Below the pieces are notes generated by a model. The model saw only the letters and a list, made by a program, of their open reading frames with translations, had not been told where the DNA came from and did no database searches. Shown piece by piece: positions 52,376 to 64,000 of a DNA stretch of 64,000 nucleotides. A program made the translations under genes and the position numbers. How positions within the stretch are numbered: position 1 is the stretch's first letter; each line of letters starts with the position of its first letter. Origin of the DNA: Hydrolagus colliei (lineage: Eukaryota); the NCBI GenBank assembly GCA_035084275.1, contig CM068756.1, forward strand, positions 1,364,001 through 1,428,000, written 5' to 3'.

Positions 52376-53604
52376 TTTTGAGATGATTTTGTTGTGGGTC
52401 TATGCAAAATTCTAGAGTTATACCCGTCACATTATTCCATGTCATCATGTCTTCATTAAACTTTAGTGTGAATTGATGTTTTGATCGAATAAACCCAGAA
52501 GGGCGGTGGTGGGGGGAGGGGGGCTGGCTTTTGACCCTCTCCAAATTAGGAAGTTATTTATATGAGCTGTAGAAGGAGGCCTTCTGTCTGACAAGTTCCT
52601 CATTACCCTCCCAAAATACTTTGCATCTCATCAATATCAATCGCACCGTGAATTATTCACTTAAAACTAGACCAGATTAAAAAATATTTGCTCGAGGCAA
52701 AAATCTACACAGGTTGGGTGTGGGAGGAACTTGAATAACACAAATATCGCAAGGTTTTAATTGTGCGTTAATAATCTTTCAGTATTAAGTAATATTCCAT
52801 TGCACAATAGGTAGCTTAAAATTACACCAAAACTTGCCTCCTGGCCACCTGTCTTGCAAACACACCAAAGTGCCTGAAATTTTAAATAGAGCCACTATTT
52901 TTTTGCAAATGTATCTTAGGAAGAAGCATCTTAAGCATCATTCAATCCTTAAAACAAAATTATCAACAAACTGCAGTACTCAGGGTGCTTAAAGAATTCA
53001 TTCAAAATCTCAGATTTAACTCACAAAAGCTAACTACAAGCTCCCATATAATTTTTGCTCAATTTCATTTGATACCATCTTACATTCCATATTATATATT
53101 TTCCACATACAGTACCTAGTTTATCTCCTACTTTATGTATTTATCTATCTGGGGACAAGTTACATCAGTTTGATTTACAACCAATAGTTAAACTGTATAA
53201 TAGAGGTTATCATATTCCTTTATAATGCAGACTCCAGTTTACACCACTATCATTTATTCAAAGAAAAATCTGGTCTTCTTAGATGAAGGCTTGCATTTTA
53301 GACATTGTTTTAATTTTAGTTGATAAGTGCCATCATTGATATGCTCCGGGTTGGACACTGTAACAAGAATTAAACCAACCTAATTCAAGGACACACAATA
53401 ACTGGAGCATTTTCTGAGATAAGCTGCCATCACCCAGTGAAGAAACTGGCAAAAAATCTTTTTGTTTCCAAGTAACAAGACGGAATGGAGATGCACTGAC
53501 CCCAGAATGTGTTTTTATGCCTTACTACTATCACATTGTTTAACCTCGGCTGAACTATAAGCATTGAGCAATAGAAATATTGTTAATATCTTAACGTTAA
53601 TATC

Positions 53605-53836
53605 TCAATCCCTCCGTTTCGTCTCTTCCCTTTCCTCTTTCAAGGCCGGTTTGAAGACTTTCCTCTTCGATCGTGCCTTTTGTTCCACCCCGAACTCTTT
53701 TACCTCCCCTTCGTGTTTCACCCCTTCCCAAACACTCCCCTCCCAGCTCGGGTCACACGCCTCCTGTTCAGCGCCTTGGGAGGTCCTCCCGACGTGAAAG
53801 GCCCTCTATAAATGTAAATTGTTGTTGTTGTTGTTG
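53605..53836 (+). mobile_element. L2 LINE 3' end
   Basis: tcaaggccggtttgaagactttcctcttcgatcgtgcc...cagcgccttgggaggtcctcccgacgtgaaaggc..taaatgtaaattgttgttgttg. Confidence 0.8.
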
Positions 53837-54014
53837 TTTTGATTTTATTTGGTCTGGTTTTGAACATTGCAGAGCGCGATTCCCCGCCCACCCCCACCGC
53901 CATCATAAGCAACTGCTACGCTACGCTCACCATCCCACAGCAGGCACCCTCACCTAAAATTTACCCCGAAGTGATAAAGAAACACAATGATGATAGTAAT
54001 CCTCACAAATGCAT

Positions 54015-54188
54015 NNNNNNNNNNNNNNNNNNNNNNNNNNNNNNNNNNNNNNNNNNNNNNNNNNNNNNNNNNNNNNNNNNNNNNNNNNNNNNNNNNNNNN
54101 NNNNNNNNNNNNNNNNNNNNNNNNNNNNNNNNNNNNNNNNNNNNNNNNNNNNNNNNNNNNNNNNNNNNNNNNNNNNNNNNNNNNNNNN
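54015..54188. other. Assembly gap (174 N) covering most of the ZFHX3 splice donor
   Basis: N run starting 2 nt into the intron. Confidence 1.
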
Positions 54189-54189
54189 C

Positions 54190-56863
54190 CTAGTGTGGGT
54201 GCGAGCGTGGAGACCGCATTGGTCGGGTCCAGTTGGAATCCGCCCAGCATGAACTGCGCGTCCGCCGAGTTCTCCAGCTTCAGGCCGGGTATGTTCATGT
54301 TCTGAGCCAGGTAGTATTGGTAGAGCTCAGCCTCGGCCGGCGCCAGGTTGCCGAGCCCCAGGTGCCGGTTGTGCTGAATCTGGTTCATGTTTTGCTGCAG
54401 CAGCATCATGTTGTGCATGTGCTTCTCGCTGGTCATGTGAATGCGCAGGTTCCGGGCCACATTCGTCTCGTAGTCGCACACTTCGCAGCGCCAGGTGGGT
54501 TTGCTTTTTGGTTTGGTGGGCGACGAGGCCCCGCAGCTGCTCATGTTGGCGGCGGCTGCCGCAGCGGCCGCCGCGGCCGCCGCCACCGCCACCGCGGCCC
54601 CCGCCGTGTGGCCGAACACCTGCTCCCCCCCCCCCCCGCCGCCGTTCTGAAGGTTCTGCATGTTGTTGAGATGCTTGTCGGACTGCATATGGATACTGAG
54701 ATTGCCTTTGGTTGTGGTGGAGTAGTTGCACACCTCGCAGCGGAACGGCTTGTAGCCGCACGTGTAGCTCTCGCCCCGGGCCAACCGAGGGTGGGGCTGG
54801 CCGTTATTACAGTAGGCGCACGAGCCACCGGAGTCCGGGTGCTTCTCCTTCATGTGGGCCTCCAGCGTCTGCTGGTACTTGTAATGCCAGTTACACTTTG
54901 GACACTTCAGGGTCTTGCACGAGTTCCGAGAATGCATCATGGTCATGTGCCCGCCGAGCGAGCGCGAGGAGCCCAGGACAGTCTCACACTTTGGACACTC
55001 GATGGTGCTCGTGGTGGAGCATTCCCCACCCCCCAGCTCGTAGGGAGCGTTGGTATGCTGGTGATGGGAGGTACAGTTTCCCTCCTCGCCATCGACAGGT
55101 TCATTTGGTTCAGGAGCTGTGGCACTGTCTTTATTGGCACTTTCATCTACAAAGTCCGTCCTATTACTCTCAGTATGACCGATACTGCTGTCGCCGCTTG
55201 CACTGTCGTTTGACAAGCTCACCGCATTCCTCCCATTTGCACCATCGAAAACAACAAAGGAAGAAGTAGAAGAAGAAGAGGTGCCCCTCGGAGAAGGGTT
55301 GAGCACACTAGGCATTAAAGGAGATTTAGAAATGCTTTGGTTTGAGAGAGCGAGGTCCTTGCTGCTACATGCGTCGCCCTCAGGGTCTTCCTGGGGCTCA
55401 TCATCGTCCTCATCCGACTCGTTTGGGAACAGTTCTTTGCACTCCTCGTCTTCATCCGCCTGTTCGGCGGAGTCAGCCTTTTCCATGAGGCTGCAGTCAG
55501 CGCTAAACTCTCCACTGGCTTTTTTCTTCTCGATTTCCATCCCCAAATCCTTGCTCTCTGACATTTTGGTCGGCCCGGAAGCAAGGTGGCCCAGAGGGAC
55601 TGAGGTAATTGGGGTCTTTAGGGCTGAGCTCGTCAACCCGCCAAGGTTCAACAGAGCACTTTGTGCCAGCGGGATTGAATGAGGCTGCTCAGTTGTAATT
55701 GAGCTAGCTTCAGAATCTTTTAGTAAAGCCAAACCAGCCTGGACAGCCTCATCACCATCGACATGAATTCCGCTAAACGTACCATAGAAGTTCTGACCAG
55801 GGCCAATGAGGTTAGCTGTGGAAACTAAAGGGTGTTGAAAGTTTTTGTTTTTTGGTTCCAGAAAGCTTATAAGAGGTTCCTTGTCTTTGCCTATCCCTTG
55901 GATGATAGCAGACACGTTCTTATTACTTAAGAGCTTGCGCTCTTCTTCACTAAGGGTCATTCGGTGGTCATGCACAGCATGCGTTACAAATGACCTCACA
56001 TATCCAAAAGACAACTTGCACAAAAAACACATTAAAATCGGCTTTCGCTTGCCATAGAGCACGAAACTGTCAAACTTAGACAAGTCCACATTGTTAGGGA
56101 CATCTTTGGATACACAAGAGTTTTTGGCAGAGCCATCACTGTTCAGGTAATCCTTGTTGCTTTTGTGTCTCAGATCAAAAACACGGAAAGTGTGCAAGAC
56201 AGGACTGATTCCTGCCAGTGCTGAGGTATTTGGGAAGGCCTGGTCGGAACCAAACCATTTCCCAAAAGATGAGGCTATGTGAAAAGTGTTGATGATCTGT
56301 GGGTAGACAGAGACGGACGTTGCAGAGGTGGACTCCCCTTGTTTGCTCCCAGCGCTGGACATAGAGTTCATGAACAATGCTGGGAGAACACTACTGCTAG
56401 GCCCTCCGGTTTGGACGCTCTGCATTAGCTGGTTCACATTCTCCACAATGTAGGCAGACCCGTCTGGCTGATAGACTATCTCGCCGGCCAGGTTCTCCAC
56501 ATCGCTTTCCTCCGCCTCGCTCATGTCGCTGTCGCTTTCCTCCTGGAGGAGCTGAGGGTGGGCGTTGGGGCAATGGTGTTCCATGTACTTTTGTAAACTT
56601 GAGAATGAGGAGGAGCACTCGTTGCAGCTGACCTCCTTGGTGGACAGCGAGCTGTGTGACACCACGGCTGCGGCAGCAGTCTCTGAGCTCCGCTCGTCCA
56701 AAGATGCCCTTAGGTTCTCACACGGGATGCAGTTCTCGCGTGCAGACTCCATTGAACCAGCTTTGTCAGAGACCTGGGTGTTGGGTTCAGTCCATTCCTG
56801 ATGCTGGGAGGTGCTACACCCATCCTCTTGCCCAGTGATGGTAGGGGAGTCACAGGTTTCCAT
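54190..56863 (-). CDS. ZFHX3: ZFHX3/ATBF1 first coding exon (human exon 2 equivalent), 891 codons + 1 nt: N-terminal C2H2 zinc fingers, poly-Gly and poly-Ala tracts
   Basis: The translation contains ZFHX3-type rather than ZFHX4-type segments ([69 protein letters not shown]) and zinc fingers CPKC..HMTMMH, CPKC..HMKEKH and CEVC..HMQSDKH. The exon ends ...CTA G|G at 54190/54189 (phase 1); the rest of the donor is lost in an N gap. Confidence 0.96.
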
Positions 56864-56909
56864 AGCGATGACTACATGAGGGTTTCATTGCATCCAGTCC
56901 GGCAGGGGC
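56864..56909 (-). other. ZFHX3: 5'UTR part (46 nt) of the ATG-containing ZFHX3 exon; splice acceptor AG at 56911-56910
   Basis: The minus strand reads tttcctcttgcttctctctgtag|gcccctgcc...catcgctATG, a strong polypyrimidine tract followed by tAG. Confidence 0.85.
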
Positions 56910-57874
56910 CTACAGAGAGAAGCAAGAGGAAATAATGACCAGATTGCTCGTAACACGAAGGCAAACTCTCACTCCTGATGTACTGCCACAAACGATAAAT
57001 TAGCCTTTATAGCAATAAACACCTTCAATAGTTTATAGAAAGATTAACAGCAATTTGAGTTTGTGTTTCAGGTGAAAACAAAATATGACTCCAACACGTA
57101 CATGGATGACAATCTGTAAAGTCTATGTGATGTGCACACCAAGAGGCACAAAGAATAAAGTGAACCAGGACTAGGATTGATCTCTTTCTGTCAATTCCCA
57201 GGGAGCTTCTGAATGCCCAGGAAAGTCAAATTATAAACCTTGACTGACATCGTACACACTCAAACGCTTCCAGCAAGGCTGCCAAGCTGAGAGACTTTCT
57301 TGTACTGACAGCAGCTCCTAAACAGGCAGAGGAAACACTCCACACACACAAGAACAAAAGTATGTATGTCACATGAAACGTATGTGTTTTGGAAGTCTGC
57401 CAATGGGTTAACCCTTTTCAACTCAAAACAGCTACCAAACAGCCACCCCGAATAATTCTCCAAACGGAAGGAGCACCTTGGGACACACACAAGAGTTGTT
57501 GACAGTCTTCGCCTTCTGAGTGATGCTGGTGGCTGCACATCAAAACCATGGGTTCAAAGCAGGACTGAACTGTTCTAAAGGGGCCTGGGCGTCTTTCTTC
57601 ATTCACGGTTGCTTGCGACAAGAGGGCTGGCAAGGAGATCGCAACATACACCAGGAACCAAGGACCGAGGCCAGAGAAGAAAGGGCGATTAGGAAATGGG
57701 CAAGTGAAGCTACAACATTGTCAAGTTGTTGGGACTTATGGGTGGAAATGGGCCATTGGGTGAAAAGGAATAGCTGACCACATCCTTCAGGATGTGAGCG
57801 ATTTTCCTCTATGGTAAGTTGAATGAACAGTAAACGTCGCTGGAAGAGACAGATATCCAAACAAAATATGCAAT

Positions 57875-57879
<5 letters not shown>

Positions 57880-57921
<42 letters not shown>

Positions 57922-57928
57922 TACATAC
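57880..57928. repeat. (TA)n(CA)n compound microsatellite
   Basis: Seen directly in the sequence. Confidence 0.9.
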
Positions 57929-60582
57929 AACATAGTTGTACAAGCATACCCTGCACTGATGCTCATAATCGTTCATTATTTTGGCCACAAAATACATAGT
58001 CAATCCATCTTTCAGTATATCCTGTTATGTGATTTGAGATGTGATAATTCAGCGAATTAATTTCTCCAGTGAATTCATGTTTCAAAAAACTAAAATGTGC
58101 ATTGGGGCTTACTACAGAGGGGGTAAGAAGGGGCCCAGAAAATCATCAAAAGCCCAAAGGTACGAGTAAAGAGAATAATCATTTTGTTATAACAAGGAAT
58201 GCATGTTCATGCATTCCCAGCGTGAGAGGGAACATCAAATTTCCTGGCATCATGAAAGACAGACTGGTCAAGGGTATAACATTTTTTTTAAAAACTGCAA
58301 TTCCAATCTAGTCTCAAATTATTAATGGCTCTCACAGTCCTATCAGTGTGCAGTAGTTTTGATCCTGAGTGGATATAAATCGCATAATTTTGCTGAAGTC
58401 TAACTGTATATGTGACAAACGTTCCTTATTGGCAATAGGTACATTCTGGTGGGCCTTCTGCACCAAGTGGAATGACAGTGTGATGAACTAGTAAAGCAAA
58501 CATTTACTTAACCTGAGATCAATCAATATACTTTATTCACAAAATTTCCACTCTGGAAAGCGATCCGACAGCCAACTGGCTGAAGGTTAGACGAATCTTT
58601 GGCATTCTGTGTGCATTGCTCATGAAAATGAGATTATATATTTTTTTAAGAAGAAAAAACAAAAAGCGAGTACCTCTAATGCAATTACTGATGTTCTTTT
58701 TCAGACCAAAGTGCAATCTAAAGTGGTCTATAGTTCTGCTTCGCTACAGGGCGAGAGCAGCAAGACTGTTTGCCCAGTGTTTCGCTTTGACAGACATCTA
58801 TCTGCTCAGCTACAAGTACCTAAACTGTCGCTAATTATCAATGAGATTTATAGTGTGCGCATTCAATGCTGGGTATGGCTTTGTAGCTTTCTAATAGAAG
58901 TGATTATCCTACCACTGTTGGGTATGAACAACTGCGGACGATTTCAAAGCTGGTAGTGATTCCTCCACCCCTGCAAAGTTACACCAATGCCTTCTAGCTC
59001 TGAATGAAACGGCTTTCAGGAGATAGATTGCGATGCTCAGGACCTCGATTCATCTCAAACTCTAGGCAGATCGGAATTTGGCAGAACGTTTAATGCTCTG
59101 GATCCAATTTTTCAGGAAGAGAGAGAGAGAGAGAGATGGAAACAAAAGTATTCTTCCTTTCTAATACGTACACTTGCTTGATAAGGCATGTCCTTGATAA
59201 GTTCAGATACTTCTTAATGACTTTACAAGGATAGTGCAAAGACAACACAGAGATAGATTTGCACAGATCTAGGATGAAGGGATTAAAGTATCAGATACAA
59301 TACACATTTCTTCAAGTCTCCCTCGAGCATTCGACTGAATGTACAAGTGTCAGATTGGGGAGCACTTTTCCCCACACCTCTGGATGGGATGTGGGCTTGT
59401 GCATGTTGATTTAAATGCCCCAATTGTTATACAAGCAAAGTTGTTTTACAGGCAAACTGTTTACCTGCTGTCAGCAGAGGCGGCGCCCAAAGTCTTAATT
59501 CAATCCACATCGACTCATTGGGAAGAAAAATCCACATCGATTTCAACTTTAAAATTTACCCATCCTTGTTTTCCCCAAATATAACTGATGTGCTGATCGG
59601 ACTGCACAGCCTGCAGAATCATTTCCTTAAAAAGTGCCTTAATTTTCCTGTTTGAATTGAACTTTCACCAACATAATGGAGCGTGGCACAATCATATATT
59701 AATGAATATTGTAAATTATTAAAGTGCATCCTTCTGATAAAGTGTGAACCTGCTACATTAAATATTTCTGCTCCTAATACACTGCACGCTAACTACATTT
59801 TAATGTGCCTGGCCATGCTATTCACCATGACTGACCCGAAAGGCTTTCAAGCGTTTTTTTTTGCTACCACTCTGGGCATTGGAGGGTTAATAACCTTATT
59901 GAATAATCAATACCATAAATGCTTCTCAATTTACAGGAAAATGTGCTCTAGTAGGGCTGCTATTGATAAACTGGCACGTCTTTGATCTTGCATGGGGAAC
60001 CAGTTTACTGAAAGTCAGTGTGGCACTTCTAAGGCAGAACGAGTGAAGACCTTCCCAGGCATTAACAGTTCAATCTCCTCTCCCACTTCCTCTTGTGCTG
60101 TCGCTAAAAAAAATAAAAAAATCTGCATAAAATGCCCCAACACCACACAAAAGTCTGCCTTTTCTGGAAGAGGCCTGACCACAAATTTTATCCTGGACCT
60201 AAGTTTCGCAACAACACAGTTCAGTATTCCTGTGGCCTTTAATTTCAATACAAAAAAAAGCCTTTGGTGAAATCGTCACCTTTTAAAAAAAAAAGAATTT
60301 TTTTAAAAAAAGCAGGCTGTTGAATACCACCAGCTCTACCTTTACTTTGTTTCCAGCTTTAGTTTTGTCTGTCAAACCTTGTCGAATGTTCTAACGACAG
60401 TATTGTCTGGTACTAGTGTAAAACGCGTGCCATCCTCTCACTTGCGTGCCACCTCCAACGCTCCTCAGTCTGAGCCATCAACCGCTAGGACAATATGGAG
60501 AGGCTGACAGAGGATTCTGCTCAAAGCTTTTGCTGTCATGAACCACCCCCACCCCCCCTTCAACCCCAAGAGATATAATATC

Positions 60583-60820
60583 CTTGTAGCTGAGTGGACA
60601 GAGACCTGGGTTCAACTCCATGCAGGGCGAAACCTTGGGCAAGTTTTGTTACTCCACGTGCCTGATAATAATCCCACGAAAAAAAAACTATAATAAATTG
60701 GTCACTTTCAATCCACGCCTGTTCGTGGGACACTGCTGTGTGCAATTGGCTACCGTGTTTGGCCCATAAATATAAAGTCAATTCACTTTACAGTATATTC
60801 TGTGAAGCGCTTTGAGACAT
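60583..60820 (+). mobile_element. tRNA-SINE copy lacking the 3' tail
   Basis: gagacctgggttcaactcc..gggcgaaaccttgggcaag..gtgggacactgctgtgtgcaattggct..gaagcgctttgagac. Confidence 0.88.
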
Positions 60821-62650
60821 GCACCAGTAGCATGATTTATGTTCCCGTTGTTTATTTGATAGATGTTTCTATTTCATTTTAACCTCTTTTGCTTTACTGA
60901 ATTAAATCCTCTTTTTTGTTTGATAATTATTTCTCCCCCAATCTCCCTCCCACTATCCATCACCACCATTATTTGCGCCCCCCCCCCCCCCCCCCCCCCC
61001 CACCCACCCCCCGTTCAGGTCAACTGTAACCCAAGTGCTCCATCCCATCACTAGATCTCCCCTCCACCATCTCCTCGCACTATCAAAGTGTGAGTGAGGG
61101 TGAGAGGGAAACAAGGAAAACAAGAAGAAAAGAGAAGCCATAGAAGGAATATGAATCGTCTCTCCCTCTGGTAGTCCACTCACTTCCCATATGCAGAAGA
61201 ATGGAGCAGCCTCGACCCGAAGAGAAATCCAGGAGAGGAGATATAACACATACGGTCACATAGTGGCTGAGCGCGTCAACATACTAATAAACATCGCTTG
61301 CCTAACCTTCACTTCCAATCAGGAATATCATGCCTAGTGCAGCAGGCTGCCTAGCTATGACATGGGAAAGAATGTGTGTGACCAACATTCTCCTGTGGTG
61401 AATAAAAACAGTTAAAATGAAAGGTTGAGGAGGGGGCGATGGGGGGGGGGGGGGGGGGGGGGTAAGAGAGAGAAGAAAAGGGAGAAGATGCAAGCCAAAA
61501 AAAAAACTTATTAAACAGGATGCATCACACAAAAGAAATTTGGCGTGCAGTGTTCTGGAGGCGATGGGCAGAGCAGATAGGTGGCAGAGCAAAGGGAGGA
61601 TTTAATCTGCTCTAAACCCTAAAGCACTCCAGCAGGTAATAAGCTATGAATATATAATTGCGAGATCCACAAAGCATGTTGCTCAGACATTTGTGTGGGT
61701 GATGGGGCTGACAGCGGGACGAGCAAGTGTAACATGCCTTTTTTTTACAACACACACACAAACACACAAAACAATGTTGTAAAGTGCGCTGTCTTATTTG
61801 TTTGCGAAAAGATCAATATTGCATGCTGGCAGATCATGTTCTGTGCAGATGACGACAATAATGCACTGAGACTGATAAGCAATGTAAATCAAAAATTATC
61901 ATATCTGATAAAACCATTCTGTCTTCTCAGCATGATGTCCAGTTTTCATCAAGTACAATTTATTCTAATCATCTTCTTCCATAAGACCACAGTCCCCAGT
62001 GAGGGATCGTAGCTCTGTAAATGGCTATTCAAGGACAAGATGAGTTCTCGCTACCTTAATTTCCGTTCGGCAACTACTCCGGCTGGTTGCATATGTAAGC
62101 AGATGAAGATTGTTGCATTATAATGTGTGGCAGTTCTTTGGGCCACTTGATCAGTTCAAACTGTTAACATTCTGCGATGTCCGAGAGCATCCCAATTACT
62201 CCCACCATCAATGGGGGCAGTTGAGAAATGCAAGCAATCAACTCTTTGGCTAGGCCAGGGTCTGTTTTACAGTTTAGGCGCTCGTTTAACTATCGACGCT
62301 GCCAACACTTCATGTCCTGGGAAACTGTTCTGAGGGAACACCGAGGGGAACCGAAGACCAATGACTGAATGGATAAAAAATGTACTAATGCCTGCTCACA
62401 TACTACACACAAAAAAATCACACTTCACAACTGAAGACTGAGCAAGCAGAGGGACAGGTTGCACCAGCAAAGCGATAACTTTCTCAGGATTTGTGGTAAC
62501 AAGTTAGGCAAACTAAAAATTGCCTCACCTGTCAAATAAGCCACCGGCCACCACTGGCTGCATCGTAATACACAACACACCAGCGCGTCACACTGCCCGG
62601 GAGTTTTGCCCGCTCTCTTAAAGCCACAGCCCTCTCGTTCGTGAACACCT

Positions 62651-62865
62651 TAATAATAATAATAATCCTTGCGTTTGATATCGCGCCTTATCATGTCTTC
62701 TAGACGTCTCAAACCACTTCGCTGAATATACCCTAAAATGAACTGCCTGAATATTTGTGGGTGAAGTGCGGCAGCCAATTGCGCACAGCAGTGTCCCCAC
62801 AAATAGTCGTGGATTGAAATGACCAAAATTATCATTGTTTTTATTTGAGAGAATATTATCAGGTG
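62651..62865 (-). mobile_element. 5'-truncated tRNA-SINE copy
   Basis: (TAA)n tccttgcgtttgatatcgcgcc...gcagccaattgcgcacagcagtgtccccacaa is the reverse complement of the SINE body and tail. Confidence 0.88.
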
Positions 62866-64000
62866 TTAATTCAGAAAAATCTACAACAACACAACCCTGT
62901 CTTACTCCCATAATTTACAGTGAGGAGTTGCAGTAGGACGGTTTAAGCACCTCGGCAGAGTGATTAGGGTGGGCTCCTGTACACACATTGTCACCTTTTG
63001 TTCTGATTTCAGCCCAAGTCCAAACTCCAGCCTGAAACTCACTATCAAATATTTGCTTTGTCCAAGTTCGGGGAAGATGATGTTGGTGTTTCGAAAGCAA
63101 GATTACTCCAAAAGTGTTTATTCTAAAAAAGGCCACACACTTGGCCATTAGATTCTATTTTTTCTAAATGCATTGCACTTTTGAATGTTCCAACAGTTAT
63201 TCCAAGAATTAAACAGTTATGGTACAATTTGCCCAGGAAAATCAGAGGGAGGCAGAGGAGAGAGGAGGCAAGAGGAAGAGAGGGTGTTTTGAGGCCCAGT
63301 GTTTGACAGGTCAGCTGCCAGAGGCTGGACTCAATCGCTGGTGTGAGATTGACAGGAGCATATTAAAACACAAAAATAATTTTGTGTATAGAATTTTCGA
63401 TTTTTAAGTTAATATTCTCCCTCCCGTCCTCCTTTCCCCGGGTGATGCAGTGACAATTAATCCAAATGTCTTCAAGCTCTCGTGTAGATGTGAGTATTGG
63501 AGGAAAGAGCAAAAAGCAGGTGCCTCTCACATTTTCTTTGGATTGCAAACAAACATGCATGCGTGTGTGTGTGTGTCTGGTGCCTGTCTCCCTATCATGT
63601 TTAAGATCTTCATCCTCACCATTGAAAGACAAAAAAATTTTTTCAAAGTAGAGGAACAAGCGCTAAAAATGGTCACCAGGTCTCAGCCACCAGGGGACTC
63701 TCCTCTACCTTACACACACACACGCACGCACGCACGCACGCACACACACTGCAACAAACAAAATGGAAAAATCAGTAATTATCCTCCAAAAGAGCATCTT
63801 TCTCTTTCTTTCAATACCACGACAACAGGCACTCTGGCATTCAATACCCACTGCACAAGGGAAGCCCTTCATCTGTTCCATCTGGTCATGCCTTACAGCC
63901 AAGGCTCTGCAGCCCAGCCTTTGGTCATCAGTCACTGTCATGATCAGCTCTTCCAACAACTCCATTAAGGTTCAGGGAAACAAACTCAATACTCTGACCA

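Larger units (their letters stand above)
42094..54189 (-). other. ZFHX3: ZFHX3 intron (~12.1 kb) between the two coding exons
   Basis: It is bounded by the donor G at 54189 and the acceptor AG at 42095-42094, and the phases are compatible. Confidence 0.9.

Noticed and set aside
6809-53836. Recurrent ~60-bp motif (cctttcacgtcgggaggacgtcccaagg) as a CRISPR-like or novel repeat array
   Set aside because: It is dispersed in both orientations, ends in (TTG)n tails, and longer copies extend into L2 ORF2. These are ordinary 5'-truncated L2 ends.
53954-54189. Extension of the 969-aa ORF through the N gap (…CICEDYYHH…)
   Set aside because: It is intron read-through across a gap. The exon ends at 54190 and continues in phase at 42093.
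54233-55682. Plus-strand ORFs of 326, 185 and 133 aa
   Set aside because: They are antisense shadows of the GC3-rich ZFHX3 CDS with no recognisable domain.

Overview
This is eukaryotic (vertebrate) genomic DNA, most likely from a cartilaginous fish and probably a holocephalan/chimaera. That assignment is inferred from the SINE, CR1 and L2 repeat content, not proven. The whole window lies inside the minus-strand gene ZFHX3 (ATBF1, zinc finger homeobox 3). Two coding exons are visible. The first is the large ATG-bearing exon at 54190-56909 (ATG at 56863). The second is the 497-nt exon at 41597-42093. The next exon was not found, so the following intron is >41.5 kb. The rest is intronic: ~15 copies or fragments of a tRNA-derived SINE, ~10 L2 LINE 3' ends, CR1 3' ends, microsatellites, G/C tracts, two assembly gaps and several CNE-like motif clusters. 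No new protein-coding system is supported; the other ORFs in the track look spurious. The best leads are: (1) a ~190-bp, ~90% identical inverted repeat in the long intron that matches none of the window's TE families; (2) three upstream ATGs packed into 46 nt before the ZFHX3 start; (3) an L2 tail occupying the branch-point zone of exon 3; (4) a possible translatable exon-2 circRNA; (5) an exact 33-bp direct repeat.
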